Notes: generated from the letters alone by a model not told the origin. A stretch of 64,000 nucleotides of DNA from Anaeromyxobacter sp. (GCA_049840735.1 JASGJN010000020.1:384001-448000), one strand, 5' to 3'. Positions 1 through 16,048 are shown, counted from the first letter of the stretch. Made by a program: numbers and translations.

Positions 1-530
1 CAGGCCACCGGCAGGCACTCCTCGCCGCCGATCACCGCCACCGGCACGATGGGTGCGTCCAGCGCCGCCGCCACCCGGACGAAGCCGCGGTTCCAGGGCT
101 TCATCCGGTAGGCCTCCCAGAACGGCTTGGTGTTGCCCGGCCAGCCCTCGGGGAAGATCCCCACCGCCCGCACCTCCGGCGGCAGGTGCTCCGGCCGGCG
201 GAACCAGGAGGCCGGCACGGCCCCGGCCCGGCGCAGGAACGGCCCCAGCACCGGCGCCGTCACGGCGCGGTCGTAGGCGGCGAAGACCGGCGCCGCCTGC
301 GGGCCCAGCGCGTCGGAGACGGCCAGCGCCAGGAAGAAGGCGTCCAGCGGGAACCAGCCGGCGTGGTTCTGCGCGTAGACCACCGGGCCGCTGCGCGGCA
401 GGTGCTCCGCCCCCTCCACCTCCAGCTTGAAGTAGCCGACCCTGAGCAGCGCGCGCGCCAGCGGCACCAGCGCTCCGCTCCAGAACTGCCGGTCGAACTC
501 CGGCGGGTATCGGCCGGCGCTGCCAGTCAT
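1..530 (-). CDS. Lysophospholipid/glycerol acyltransferase (PlsC family), runs off the window start
   Basis: Hand translation from ATG at 530 (upstream GAAGGGAG) gives NHAGWFPLD (NHxxxxD), GIFPEG and APIVPVAVIGGEE acyltransferase motifs. Confidence 0.85.
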   Translation of the reverse strand, partial: MTGSAGRYPPEFDRQFWSGALVPLARALLRVGYFKLEVEGAEHLPRSGPVVYAQNHAGWFPLDAFFLALAVSDALGPQAAPVFAAYDRAVTAPVLGPFLRRAGAVPASWFRRPEHLPPEVRAVGIFPEGWPGNTKPFWEAYRMKPWNRGFVRVAAALDAPIVPVAVIGGEECLPVA

Positions 531-717
531 GGCTCCCTTCCCCTTCACCGGCTCGCGCCGGCCCCTGTTGCTCCGATGGTACGCCCTCCGCCAGGCCAGG
601 AAACCACCCCCCTGGGACGGTCTCGCGTGCCATGAGGGCGCGTCCCGCGACACGAGCGCAGGTCGGGGTCGCGGAGCGACCGGACGGCCGTTATCAGTCC
701 CGGACCGGAGGGACACC

Positions 718-1244
718 ATGCGCCCCATCGACTACGCCCACCTCTCGGCGCAGGACGCGCTCGACCTGGCGGTCCTGATCGAGCAGGAGGCGGAGGAGCG
801 GTACGTGGAGCTGGCGCGGATGGTGGGCGGCGGCCGCTACGCGGGCGACGCGGCCGACATGTTCCGCACCATGGCCGTCTACGAGGCCCGCCACGGCGGG
901 GATCTGTCCGAGCGGCGCCGGCAGCTGTTCGGCGACGCGCCGGTGCGGGTCACGCGCGACATGATCTTCGAACCGAGGCGCCCGACCTGGGCCGGCCGCG
1001 CGTCTTCATGTCGGCGCGGCAGGCGCTGGAGGTGGCGCGCGACTCGGAGGAGAAGGCGCACGCCTTCTTCGTGGACGCGCTGCCGCACGTCAGCGACCCC
1101 ACCGTGCGCGCGCTCTTCACCGAGCTGGCGCAGGAGGAGCTGCACCACCGCGCCATGGTCCACGAGAAGCTGGTCCACCTGCCCGAGGGGCCGGACGTGG
1201 ACGAGGACGAAGCCGATCAGCCTGGGACGGATCCGGGGAACTAG
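718..1244 (+). CDS. Ferritin-like/rubrerythrin family protein, apparent frameshift near 970
   Basis: Two E...ExxH halves (EQEAEERY...EARH and EEKAHAFF...EELHH) lie in different frames joined near 970; RBS GGAGGG before ATG 718. Confidence 0.8.
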
Positions 1245-1270
1245 CCGCAGGGAGCACAAGCCCAGCGGCG

Positions 1271-1379
1271 CCCTTCGACTCCGCCGCGGGGACGCCGCGG
1301 CTACGCTCAGGGCGAACGGTTGTTCACGTCCGTTCGGCCTGGGCGTAGCGCCCGCGCAGCGGGCGCGGAGTCGAAGGCC
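1271..1379. repeat. REP-like inverted palindromic dimer (CCCTTCGACTCCG...CTACGCTCAGGGCGAACGG / CCGTTCGGCCTGGGCGTAG...GGAGTCGAAGG)
   Basis: Two inverted units, each with an internal hairpin, between convergent genes; the same family recurs at 37412-37552 and 60678-60722. Confidence 0.8.
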
Positions 1380-1395
1380 AGGGGCGGCCAGCAGC

Positions 1396-1926
1396 CTACC
1401 CCCGCTGGATGAACCCCTCGGCCTCCAGCGCCGCCACCACCTCGGCGTCGCCCGGGCCGTCCTGGCCGCGGGCGGCGGAGCTGGCCAGCTGGTCCACGAT
1501 CTCGTTCACGGCGTGGCCGTCGTGGCCGCGGGTCCAGGCGTAGGTCACCTTCAGCGCGCGGCCGCGGGCGTCCAGCGCCTCGATCAGGTCGCGGTTGAGC
1601 ACCGGCTCACCGGCGGCGGTGCGCCAGCCCTTCTTGCGCCAGCCGTGGATCCACCTGGAGAGCGCGTCCACCACGTAGCGGGAGTCGGAGACCACGTCCA
1701 CCGCGGCGCCGTCGGGCAAGAGCTGCAGCGCCTCCAGCACCGCCCGCAGCTCCATGCGGTTGTTGGTGACCGCCCACTCGCCGTCGGTCACCCAGCGCGT
1801 CCCGCCGAAGCGGAAGGCCGGGCGCTCGCGGTCGAGCACGACGTAGCCGGTGCCGCCGGGGCCTCCCGGGTTCACCAGCGCCGAGCCGTCGGAGAAGACC
1901 AGGAACCGCGCGCGCTCGCCTGCCAT
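1396..1926 (-). CDS. rnhA: Ribonuclease HI
   Basis: [54 protein letters not shown] motifs. Confidence 0.93.
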   Translation of the reverse strand: MAGERARFLVFSDGSALVNPGGPGGTGYVVLDRERPAFRFGGTRWVTDGEWAVTNNRMELRAVLEALQLLPDGAAVDVVSDSRYVVDALSRWIHGWRKKGWRTAAGEPVLNRDLIEALDARGRALKVTYAWTRGHDGHAVNEIVDQLASSAARGQDGPGDAEVVAALEAEGFIQRG

Positions 1927-1933
1927 GCGCCTG

Positions 1934-3376
1934 TCAGGCCCGGGCCAGGATGGCCGTCAGCAGCTTCCAGAAGGCCTGCACCGACGGGACGCTGACGTGC
2001 TCGTCGGGCGTGTGGACGTCCCACATGCTCGGGCCGATGGAAGCCATCTCCATGCCCGGGTACTTCTCGCCGATCAGGCCGCACTCCAGGCCGGCGTGGA
2101 TGGCCTTCACGATCATGGGCTTGCCGAACAGCTCCTCGTGCACGCCGTCCACCAGCTTCACCACCGCGCTGTCGGGCTCCGGCTTCCAGCCCGGGTAGCC
2201 GCCGGAGTGGCTGGGCTCGAAGCCGGCCAGCCGGGCCACGCCGGCGATGCGCGCGGCCAGCGCCGCCTTGGACGCGTCGATGGAGGAGCGGGAGAGGAAG
2301 ACCACCTCGACCGCGTCCGCCTGCGTGTCCACGATGCCCAGGTTGGTGGAGGTCTGGACCAGCCCGGCGATGTCCGGGCTCATGGCCTCCACGCCGTGCG
2401 GCCCGGCCAGGAGCAGGCCGACCAGCGCGCTGGCGTCGGCGGCGGGCAGCACCCGGTCGGCCGCGCCAGGCTCGACCGAGATGGCGACGCCCGGATCGAA
2501 GGCGCCCAGCGCGGCCTTCCACTCCCGCGCCAGGCGCTCCACGTCGGCGGTGACGGCCGCGGCGCGCCCCGGCTCCACCAGCACCACCGCGGCGGCCTCG
2601 CGCGGGATGGCGTTGCGCTTGTTCCCGCCCTTCACCGAGGCGAGCTGCAGCCCGTGCGGCGCCAGCGCGTCCAGCACCTGCCCCAGGATGCGGATGGCGT
2701 TGCCGCGGTTCCCCTGGATGTCGATGCCGGAGTGGCCGCCCTTGAGGCCGTACACCTTGATGCGCAGCGCCTGCCGCCCGGGCGCGGGCGCCGCGAAGGC
2801 CACCTTTCGCCGGGCCACCGTGTCCACGCCGCCGGCGCAGCCGATGGTCAGCTCCCCCTCCTCCTCGCTGTCGAGGTTGAGGAGGCGGGTGGCCTTCATC
2901 CAGCCCGGCTTGACGTTGTTGGCGCCGGTGAGGCCGGTCTCCTCGTCGATGGTGACCAGCAGCTCGAGCATGGGGTGCTGCAGGTCCTTCGCCGCCAGCA
3001 CCGCCAGGCCGGCCGCCACGCCGATGCCGTTGTCGGCGCCCAGCGTGGTCCCCCTGGCCCGGAGCACCTCGCCGTCGCGGAAGACCTGGATCGGATCCTT
3101 GGCGAAGTCGTGCGGCGTGCCCTCGTTCTTCTCGCAGACCATGTCCACGTGGGCCTGCATGGCCAGGCCGGGCCGGCCCTCGCGGCCGGGCGTGGCCGCC
3201 TTGCGGATGAGGACGTTGCCCACCGCGTCCTGCTCCACCTCGCAGCCGAGCGCCCGCCCCTGGTCCGCCACCCACTTCGCGGCGACCGCCTCCTGCTTGG
3301 AGGCGCGCGGGATCTTCGAGAGCGCGAGGAAGTAGGACCAGAGGGCCTTGGGCTCGAGGGTGTCGAGGTCGGACAT
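1934..3376 (-). CDS. pepD: Aminoacyl-histidine dipeptidase (M20 family)
   Basis: [54 protein letters not shown]; start taken at MSDLDTLEP. Confidence 0.93.
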   Translation of the reverse strand: MSDLDTLEPKALWSYFLALSKIPRASKQEAVAAKWVADQGRALGCEVEQDAVGNVLIRKAATPGREGRPGLAMQAHVDMVCEKNEGTPHDFAKDPIQVFRDGEVLRARGTTLGADNGIGVAAGLAVLAAKDLQHPMLELLVTIDEETGLTGANNVKPGWMKATRLLNLDSEEEGELTIGCAGGVDTVARRKVAFAAPAPGRQALRIKVYGLKGGHSGIDIQGNRGNAIRILGQVLDALAPHGLQLASVKGGNKRNAIPREAAAVVLVEPGRAAAVTADVERLAREWKAALGAFDPGVAISVEPGAADRVLPAADASALVGLLLAGPHGVEAMSPDIAGLVQTSTNLGIVDTQADAVEVVFLSRSSIDASKAALAARIAGVARLAGFEPSHSGGYPGWKPEPDSAVVKLVDGVHEELFGKPMIVKAIHAGLECGLIGEKYPGMEMASIGPSMWDVHTPDEHVSVPSVQAFWKLLTAILARA

Positions 3377-3468
3377 GGTGGTGGTCTCTCCAGGGATGGG
3401 GCCGGCGCAATCTAGCAGGGTTCCGGCCCGCCGTGCGCCCGTCCGGACACCGTGGTACACCCCCGCCC

Positions 3469-4041
3469 ATGCGGATCTGCGTGTTCTGCGGCTCGGCCGA
3501 GGGGCGCCGGCCGGAGTACCGGGCGGCGGCGGAGGCGGTGGGTCGGACCCTGGCCTCGCGCGGCGTCGGGGTGGTGTACGGCGGCGGGCGCGTCGGGCTG
3601 ATGGGCGCGGTGGCCGACGGCGCGCTCTCGGCCGGCGGCGAGGTCATCGGCGTCATCCCCACCGCCCTCATGAACCGTGAGCTGGGCCACCCCGGCTGCA
3701 CCCAGCTGCACGTGGTCGAGACCATGCACGAGCGCAAGGCGCTCATGGCCCAGCTGTCCGACGCCTTCGTGGCGCTCCCCGGCGGCGTGGGGACCATGGA
3801 GGAGCTGTTCGAGGCCTGGACCTGGTCCGGCCTGGGCATCCACGCCAAGCCGGTGGCCCTCGTCGATCTCGACGGCTTCTACGATCCGCTGCTTCAGATG
3901 ATGGACCGGATGGTGGCGGAGGGGTTCCTGCCCGAGCGCTACCGCCAGGCGCTGATCGTCGCGCCGGACGCGCCGGCGCTGCTGGCGGCGCTGGACGCCT
4001 ACCGACCGCCGCCGGACCGGTGGTCCACGGTCAAGCCGTAG
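3469..4041 (+). CDS. LOG family phosphoribohydrolase (TIGR00730-type Rossmann-fold protein)
   Basis: ICVFCGS, YGGGRVGLMG, MHERKALM and PGGVGTMEE (PGGxGTxxE) motifs. Confidence 0.92.
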   Translation: MRICVFCGSAEGRRPEYRAAAEAVGRTLASRGVGVVYGGGRVGLMGAVADGALSAGGEVIGVIPTALMNRELGHPGCTQLHVVETMHERKALMAQLSDAFVALPGGVGTMEELFEAWTWSGLGIHAKPVALVDLDGFYDPLLQMMDRMVAEGFLPERYRQALIVAPDAPALLAALDAYRPPPDRWSTVKP

Positions 4042-4050
4042 CCAGGCCGC

Positions 4051-4506
4051 TCACCGCTTCCCGTCGCGCCCGTAGGCCGCCTCGGCGGAGATGCCCAGCC
4101 GCCGCAGCGTCTCGCGGTCGGGCATGCCGGTCTCGGCCAGCCCCTCGTCCCCCTGGAACCTCCGGACGGCAGCGCTGGTGGGCGAGTCCAGCTCGCCCTG
4201 TCGCGCCCCGCCGGCCAGGTAGCCGCGGCTCCGCAGCGCCTGCTGCAGCTCCTCCACCGCGCCGGGCGCGAGCAGCCCCTCCGGCGCCGCCGGCACGCGC
4301 GCCACCTCCCCGCGCGGCGGCACGCCCGCCTCCGCCTGGTCGTCCGGCGCCTCCGGCCTGGGCCGGCTCGAGCCGCCGTCCTGGCCGCCCTTGCCCTCCC
4401 CCGCCGACGCGCGGTCCGGCCGCTCCGGCTCCGCCTTCTGCCGGTGGCCGCAGCCGGCCAGCAGCACCAGCACCAGCGCCACGCCCGCCCTGTCCGCCCG
4501 GTTCAC
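4051..4506 (-). CDS. Lipoprotein with peptidoglycan-binding domain
   Basis: GTG start overlapping the upstream stop; lipobox LLAGC; C-terminal LQQALRSRGY...GELDSPTSAAVRRFQGDEGLAETG..DRETL (PG_binding_1-like). Confidence 0.8.
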   Translation of the reverse strand: MNRADRAGVALVLVLLAGCGHRQKAEPERPDRASAGEGKGGQDGGSSRPRPEAPDDQAEAGVPPRGEVARVPAAPEGLLAPGAVEELQQALRSRGYLAGGARQGELDSPTSAAVRRFQGDEGLAETGMPDRETLRRLGISAEAAYGRDGKR

Positions 4507-5655
4507 CGCTTCTTCTCCTTGTCCGGCTGCGCGCGGGGCTGGCCCGCCTCCGGCGAGAGCGCCCGCCGCGCCTGCTGGAGCACCCCCTGCTTCTCCTTGG
4601 CGTGCGGCGGCGGCAGCCCCTCGAGCCCGCCCTCCAGGCCGCGCACAAAGGCGTTGCGCAGGATGCCCATGATGGTCGGTACCGCCTGCACCTGCGGCCC
4701 GCTCACCGTCCCTTCGATTCGGGATGGTGGTGGCCACCTTCCCGGTGTCATCGTCCTTGAAGATGGCCAGCGCCAGGTCGCCGACGAGCGCCTTGAGCGC
4801 CGCCCCGAGCCCGGGGTGCGCGGCGCGCAGGTCCGCGCCCTGCACCACCGGCCGGACGCCGCCGGTGAGCTTGCCGTCCTGGGCCAGGAAGCGGAGGTAG
4901 AGGTCGAGGGTCCCCTGCTCCGGCACCACGTCCGACCTGGCGGCCAGCACCGACCCCAGCTCGCGCAGCCGCAGGCCGCGCAGCGTTCCCTGGCCGGCGA
5001 AGGTGAGCGCCTTGGCCAGCGGGTCGGCGGTGGCGAACACCGAGACCTGCCCGCTCTCCTGCAGGGTCCCGCGCGCGGCCAGCACGGTCGGCTCGTGCCG
5101 GGCCAGCGCGGCCCGGGTGGCGAAGTTCTCGACGGTGGCCTCGACGCCGTGGAGCCAGAGCGCCGGCTTCTCCGGCTCGCGCTCGTCCACCCAGGTCAGC
5201 TCCCCCCGCTTCACCTGGATCCGGTCCAGGCGGAAGGGGAAGAGCCGGTTCAGCCGCTCGCCGACCGTCGGCGCCTCCTTGGCCCCCTGCTGCCGCGCGG
5301 CGCCGTGGGCGGAGATGAGCGTGAGCTTGGGGTCCTCCAGCTCGAGCGCCCCCACCACCTGCCCGTGCAGCAGCTCCTTGGCGTACAGGCCGAAATGGGC
5401 CCGCTCCACCTGCACGAAGGGCAGGCGCGGGCCACCTGCCGTGACCTTCTCCACGCGCAGGGCGACGAATCTGGCCGAGAGGCTCCAGATCCGGACGTTC
5501 ACCTCGCGCACGGTGGCGCGCATGCCCGGCAGGCCGGCCAGCGAGCGCCGGATGCGGTGCTCGAGGTAGGGCCCAGCCGCGAACGAGGCGGCCACCACCA
5601 GCAGCACCAGCACGCCCAGCACGGCGGCCAGGATCTTGAGCACGCGGCGGGACAT
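4503..5655 (-). CDS. DUF748/AsmA-like membrane-anchored protein, apparent frameshift at 4716-4720
   Basis: N-terminal TM anchor and beta-rich body; KVATTIP continues as IEGTVSGP...LRNAFVRGL after removing one base at GATTC. Confidence 0.7.
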
Positions 5656-5692
5656 GGCTCCCGCCCTTCAAGGTAGGGGCTCCGCCCGGTCG

Positions 5693-6755
5693 CTACCGCA
5701 GCGCCTGCTCCAGGTCGGCGGCCAGGTCCTCGAAGTCCTCCAGCCCCACCGAGACGCGGAGCAGCCCCGGGGGCGCCTCCGGATCGTGGCGGCGCCGCCA
5801 GTCGATGAGCGACTCGACGCCGCCCAGCGAGGTGGCCTCGCGCACCAGCTGCAGCCGGCGGGGGAGCGCGCGGGCGGCGTCCTCGCTGGCCACCTCGAAC
5901 GACAGGATGGGCCCCGGCCCGCTCATCTGGCGCTGCGCCAGCGCGTGGCCGGGGTGGCTGGGGAGCGAGGGGTGCCACACCCGCTGCACCCGCGGCTCGA
6001 GCCACTGGGCGAGCCGCGTGGCAGTCTCGGTCTGGCGGCGGACCCGGACGCCCAGGGTGCGGACGCCGCGCAGGACCAGCCAGGTCTCGAGCGCGCCCGG
6101 CACCGCCCCGGTGACGGTGCGCGCCTTGCGCAGCGCCTCGGCCAGGGCCGGCTCGCCGGCGATGCAGCACGCCGCCCAGCGCGTCGGAGTGGCCGGAGAG
6201 GAACTTGGTCATGGAGTGCATGACCAGATCGGCCCCCAGGGCCAGGGGGCGCTGCAGGACCGGCGTGGCGAAGGTGCTGTCCACCACCACCCGCGCGCCC
6301 ACCGCCCGGGCCCGCGCCACGTGGGCGGCGATGTCCTGCTGCTCGCAGGTGGGGTTCCGGGGGGTCTCCAGCCAAATCACGTCCCCCTTCTCCACCTCGG
6401 CGTCCAGCGGGACCTTCTCCGTCCCCAGCCCCCTGAGCGCGTCCAGGGCCGCCTGCGTGCCGTGGTAGCCGCCGCGCTGGATGGCCACCTTGCGCGGGGC
6501 CAGGTGGAGGAGCGCGGCCGTGGTGGCCGCCTGCCCGGAGGCGTAGACCACCGCGGCGCCCCCCTCCAGCGCGCCCAGCACCGCCTCCAGCCGGCGGCGC
6601 GTGGGCTGCTCCTCGCGGGAGTAGACCAGCCCCTCGGCGTTGCCGGCCTCGAAGGTCGTCGAGAGGTGCAGCGGCGGGGCGATATCGGGGGACGGCTCGA
6701 GCCCCTCGTCGGCGTGCACGGCCAGGGTCTCGGGGCGCAGGTCGGTCCGCTTCAT
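5693..6755 (-). CDS. PLP-dependent Cys/Met metabolism enzyme (cystathionine gamma-synthase/lyase family), apparent frameshift near 6161
   Basis: YSREEQPT, ASGQAA, WLETPRNP, VDSTFATP, HSMTKFLSGHSD (PLP lysine); ATSLGGVESL and LLRVSVGLED in the second frame. Confidence 0.9.
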
Positions 6756-7024
6756 GGGGCGCATCCTCGCCTCGCCCCTGCGCCGAGGCAAGCCGCACCC
6801 GGTGTCCGCGCCCCGCCCGCCCAGCCGGCGCGCAGGCGGCGGGCCGCCGGGGAAGATCACCGACCGTCACGGTCGCCGTGCACCCCGTCCGTCCCCGGGT
6901 GGGGGCTTTGGCTGGGGCGGCTTCCCGGGTACGGAATCACTCGGTGGGCCGCGGTCCTGACGTGGCGATTCGCCGCGTTTCGGGGAGCAGGCGCGGCGAC
7001 AACAAGCCACATAGGATACGCGCC

Positions 7025-8210
7025 ATGGCCAAGAAACGCGTTGGGATCCTGACCGGCGGCGGTGACGTCCCCGGCCTGAACGCTGTCATCAAGAGCGTCG
7101 TCTACAGGGGGGCCGAGCACGATATCGAGGTCATCGGCATCCGCCGCGGCTGGGAGGGGCTGACGCACCTCAACGTCGAGGATCCGGAGAGCCGCGCCCG
7201 CTACGTGCTACCGCTCACGCGCGACAACACCCGCACCATCGACCGGACGGGCGGCACGTTCCTGCACTCGTCCCGCACCAACCCGGCCAAGATGAAGAAG
7301 CTCCCCAAGCACCTCGAGGGGAAGGACTTCCCGGTCGCGCAGAGCACCAAGGGCGGGTCCACCACCACCACCTACGACGTCTCGAAGCAGGTCCTGAAGA
7401 ACCTCGAGTCGCTCGGGCTCGACTACCTGCTGGCCATCGGCGGCGACGACACGCTCTCCTACGCCGCCCGCCTCCACCAGCTCGGGTTCAAGGTCATCGC
7501 GATCCCGAAGACGATGGACAACGACGTCCGGAACACCGAGTACTGCATCGGGTTCTCGACCGCGATCACGCGGGCCATGGACGCCATCGAGCGGCAGCGC
7601 ACCACCGTCGGCTCGCACGAGCGCATCGGCATCTTCCGCGTCTTCGGGCGCGACGCCGGCTTCACCGCGCTCTACACCGCCTACGTCACCTCAATCCGCT
7701 GCTGCATCCCCGAGTTCAAGCCCAAGCTCGAGAATCTGATCGACCTGCTGGTGACCGACAAGCGGACCAACCCCTCCGCCTACTCGCTGGTGGTGCTCTC
7801 CGAGGGCGCCGAGTGGGAGGGCTACAAGGTCCAGGAGTACGGCGACGCCGACGCCTACGGCCACCGCAAGAAGGCCAGCGTGGCCGAGTCGCTCTCCGAC
7901 GAGATCAAGCGCCGCACCGGCGAGGAGACCATCGTCTCCGACCTCACCTACGACCTGCGCTCCGGCGACCCGGACTTCATCGACAAGCTGGTGGCCTCCA
8001 CCTTCGGCACGCTGGCCTTCGACGCCCTGCTGCAGAACCAGAGCGGCGTGATGGCGGCGCTGGTGGACGGCAAGTACGACATGGTGCCCATCCCCGACCC
8101 GAAGCTCGGGCCCAGGAAGGTGGACGTGGCCACGATGTACAACACCGAGCGCTGCCGGCCGAACTACGCCAACAAGCGCGGGCTGCCCATCTTCCTGAAC
8201 CGGAATCTGA
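7025..8210 (+). CDS. pfkA: 6-phosphofructokinase family protein (PPi-dependent signature)
   Basis: GILTGGGDVPGLN, GGTFLHSSRT, IGGDDT, IPKTMDND; true stop probably TGA 8208-8210 once the extra A in GAATC (8203) is removed. Confidence 0.88.
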
Positions 8211-8305
8211 GGCGTCCCGACCTCGGGCCTCGGGCTCCAGACCGGAGGCCAGCCAGGCCCCATGCCCTCCCCGGGCGTGGGGCCTCGCCGCTTCAGCGAG
8301 CGGCC

Positions 8306-8702
8306 TCAGCGGTGCTGGTGCGCCCGCGCCGCCGCGAAGCCGACGTCGATGGCGGCGTAGTCGCAGGTCAGCTCGTCGCCGACCGCGATGTCCCGCGCCG
8401 CCACCGTCACGCCGCCGTCGGGCGCCGGGGTGTCGAGGCAGTTGGGGTCGTCGGCGTGGTTGAAGAAGCGGGCGTCGTCGCCGCACAGGACGAAGGTGCG
8501 GAGCACCGGGTCCTGGTAGGTGTACTTGGCGATCTGCTCCCGGCAGTGGGGGGAGAGCCCCTCGAATCTCGCCGGCGGTGAGCTGCCGGTCGACGACGGG
8601 GTGCAGCCGCCACACCACGGTGCCGCGCGGGATCGGCTCGGCGGCGAACAGCCCGATGCCGTGGATGTGGCTCCGGTCGAGATAGGTCTTCACGAGCAGC
8701 AT
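8306..8702 (-). CDS. SET domain-containing protein, apparent frameshift at 8564-8568
   Basis: SHIHGIGLFAAEPIPRG at the N-terminus; ARFFNHADDPN and AARDIAVGDELTCDY in the second frame. Confidence 0.88.
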
Positions 8703-8874
8703 GCGTCCGGGGAATCTCACGCCCCTTCCGGCGCGGCGCAACGAGAAGCGTGCCGCAGGGCAGACATCCGCCCCTCGAAGGACCAGGCAGGCGGCAGCGA
8801 ACCCCTGCCCAAGCGGGCCTTCACGCGGCCCGCACCTCAGGCCGAAGCTTCGGCGGAAGATTGGAGCTTCCGCG

Positions 8875-11160
8875 GTGAGACGACGAACTCCAGCCCTGCC
8901 CCGGCTCAGGCGCCACGCTGCCGCGGCGGTGGTGGCGGCCGTGGGCGTGGCCTGCTCCGCCGCCGCCTACCGGCTGGTCCGGGAGAGCCTGGCGGAGCGG
9001 CAGGAGCAGCGGGTGCGCGAGGTGGTCGCCACCCGGACCGCGGCGCTGCGGGACCGGCTCGACGCATACGCCGCCCTGCTGCGGGCCGGCGCCGGCCTGC
9101 TGCAGGTGCTCGGCCGCGACCCGACGGTGGAGGAGTTCCGGTCCTTCGTGGAGGCGCTGGACCTGCCGGCGCACGCCCCGGGCCTGCAGGGCCTCGGCTG
9201 GACCAAGCTGCTGCAGGCCTCGCAGGTCGAGGTGCACGAGGCCGAGCAGCGCTCGCTCGGCTGGTCCACCTACCGGGTCTGGCCGCGGGGCGACCGCCCC
9301 CAGTACACGGCCATCGACGCGCTGGAGCCGCTCGACTGGCGCAACCGCCGGGCCATCGGCTACGACATGTACTCCGAGCCGGTGCGCCGCGCCGCCATGG
9401 ACCGCGCCGCCGAGTCGGGCGAGGTGGCCGCCACCGGCAAGGTGGAGCTGGTCCAGGAGGCCGGGGAGCAGCGCCAGGCCGGCTTCCTCATGTACTTCGC
9501 CGTCTACCGCGACGCCCAGCGGGCGGCGCCGGACCAGGAGCGGGTGGTGCGCGGGTGGCTCTACGCGCCGTTCCGGGTCCACGACCTGGTGCTGGCGGTG
9601 CTGGGGCCGCCCGATCCCGCCATCCGGCTGGAGCTGTACGACGGGCCCGCGCCGCTGCCGGAGGACCAGCTGATCGCCACCGGCCCCCAGGTGGCGCGTC
9701 CGCTCTTCCTCCGCGACGCCACGCTGGACGTGGGCGGCCGGCCCTGGCTGGTGCACTTCCTGGTCTCCCCCGACTTCGCCTCGCGCGGCGAGACGGCGCT
9801 GCCGCCGGCGGCGCTGGCCGCCGGGCTGCTCCTGACCCTGCTCGTCACCTGGGTGACCGCCGGGGAGGCCAACGCCCGCCGCCGCGCCGAGCGCGCCTCG
9901 CGCCGCACCTCCTTCCTGGCGGAGGCGGGCAAGCTGCTGGCGTCGTCGCTCGACTACCGCCGGACGCTGGAGGAGGTGATCCACCTGGCGGCCGAGCGGC
10001 TGGACGTGGCCTCCGCGGCCTGCCTGCTGGAGGCGGAGGGGGAGCGCTGGGTGGCGGCCCAGGGCGACCCTGCACAGGCCCGGCGCCTGCTCGAGGCGCT
10101 GGTGGCCGAGGGGCTGGACCCCGAGTCGCGCGCCGGCATCGCCGCCGCGCTGCGCGTGCGCGGGACGGTGGCCCTGGACGGCGTGGCCGCAGCCCCCGAG
10201 GCCCAGGCGCGGACGCCCGGGCTGGCCGCGGCGCTGCGCGAGCTGGAGGTCCACGCGGCCCTGCACGTCCCGCTGCTGGCCCGCGGCGAGCGGCTGGGCG
10301 GGATCTCGCTGCTGGCCTGCCGCGGGCGGGCCGCCTTCGACTGCCACGACGTGACGCTGGCCGAGGACCTGGGGCGGCTGGCGGCGGCCGCGGTGGACAC
10401 GGCCCGCCTCTACCGCGACGCCCAGGACGCCATCCGCGCCCGCGACGAGTTCCTCTCCATCGCCTCCCACGAGCTCAAGACCCCGCTCACCTCGCTGGCG
10501 CTCCAGTCCGACAGCCTGCGGGCGGTGGCGCGGCGCTCGAAGGACCAGGGCCTGGCGGGCAAGGCCGAGGTGGTGCGGCGCAACGTGGAGCGGCTGGTCC
10601 GGCTGGTGGCCAGCCTGCTCGACATCTCGCGCATCACCGCCGGGCGGCTGGAGCTGGAGCTGGAGGACGTGGACCTGGCGGCCGTGGCGCGCGAGGTGGC
10701 CCACCGGTTCGAGGAGGAGGCCCAGCGGGCCGGCTGCGCGCTGGGGCTGGAGCTGGATGGGCACGTGGTGGGGCGCTGGGACCGGCTGCGGGTGGACCAG
10801 GTGGTCACCAACCTGCTCTCCAACGCCATCAAGTACGGCCAGGGCCAGCCCATCGACGTGCGGGTGAGCGCCCAGGCCGACCGGGCGGTGCTGGCCGTGC
10901 GCGACCACGGCATCGGCATCGCCCCGGCCGACCAGCCGCGGATCTTCGAGCGGTTCGAGCGCGCCGTCTCCAAGCGCAACTACGGCGGCTTCGGCCTGGG
11001 GCTCTGGATCGTGCGCCAGCTGGTGGAGGCCATGGGCGGCACGGTGCGGGTCGAGAGCGCGCCGGGCCAGGGGGCGCTCTTCACGGTGGAGCTGGTGCGC
11101 ACGCCGACGCCGCTCAGGCCTCCCGCCCCGGCCACGGGCGACGCCCGCGAGCACGCCTGA
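8875..11160 (+). CDS. CHASE-domain, GAF-like-domain sensor histidine kinase
   Basis: TM-CHASE (NRRAIGYDMYSEPVRRAAM)-TM; H-box ASHELKTPL, N-box NLLSNAIKY, DHGIGI, GFGLGL; GTG 8875 follows GGAG. Confidence 0.9.
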   Translation: MRRRTPALPRLRRHAAAAVVAAVGVACSAAAYRLVRESLAERQEQRVREVVATRTAALRDRLDAYAALLRAGAGLLQVLGRDPTVEEFRSFVEALDLPAHAPGLQGLGWTKLLQASQVEVHEAEQRSLGWSTYRVWPRGDRPQYTAIDALEPLDWRNRRAIGYDMYSEPVRRAAMDRAAESGEVAATGKVELVQEAGEQRQAGFLMYFAVYRDAQRAAPDQERVVRGWLYAPFRVHDLVLAVLGPPDPAIRLELYDGPAPLPEDQLIATGPQVARPLFLRDATLDVGGRPWLVHFLVSPDFASRGETALPPAALAAGLLLTLLVTWVTAGEANARRRAERASRRTSFLAEAGKLLASSLDYRRTLEEVIHLAAERLDVASAACLLEAEGERWVAAQGDPAQARRLLEALVAEGLDPESRAGIAAALRVRGTVALDGVAAAPEAQARTPGLAAALRELEVHAALHVPLLARGERLGGISLLACRGRAAFDCHDVTLAEDLGRLAAAAVDTARLYRDAQDAIRARDEFLSIASHELKTPLTSLALQSDSLRAVARRSKDQGLAGKAEVVRRNVERLVRLVASLLDISRITAGRLELELEDVDLAAVAREVAHRFEEEAQRAGCALGLELDGHVVGRWDRLRVDQVVTNLLSNAIKYGQGQPIDVRVSAQADRAVLAVRDHGIGIAPADQPRIFERFERAVSKRNYGGFGLGLWIVRQLVEAMGGTVRVESAPGQGALFTVELVRTPTPLRPPAPATGDAREHA

Positions 11161-11179
11161 GCGGCGCGAGGGCCCGGCC

Positions 11180-15701
<4,522 letters not shown>

Positions 15702-15808
15702 CCCGGCTGTTCTAACCCAGCCCTCCCACGTCCGCGCGCGTGCGGCGAACGGGTCACGGGACCCGGGCCAGGCTCGTCCCTCCCGGACACGCTGCAGGAG
15801 GAGACGCC

Positions 15809-16027
15809 ATGGAGCCCGGGAGCAATCACCTCCAGAACATCCTGGTGGTCGAGCGGATCGAGCCCGCGCTCGCGTACTGGGACCGGCTCGGCCTGGCGCG
15901 GGTGATGGAGGCCCCTGAGGGCGAGTGGCCGGGGGCGCGGCTCGGCTTCGCCATCCTCGCCGGCGGAGGCATCGAGGTCATGGGTGGCGCCGGAAACGTG
16001 GTGGTGTTCGCCCGCATGCCGGCCTGA
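15809..16027 (+). pseudogene. Short VOC/glyoxalase-like protein, apparently internally deleted
   Basis: RBS GGAGGAG; LVVERIEPALAYWDRLG start and GNVVVFA end resemble a VOC fold, but only 72 aa. Confidence 0.5.
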
Positions 16028-16048
16028 GAGGACGGCCGGCGGCGCCCG

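Noticed and set aside
8750..8830. c-di-GMP-I riboswitch (CAGGGCAGAC start)
   Set aside because: The conserved GGGACGCAAAGC junction and second stem were not found
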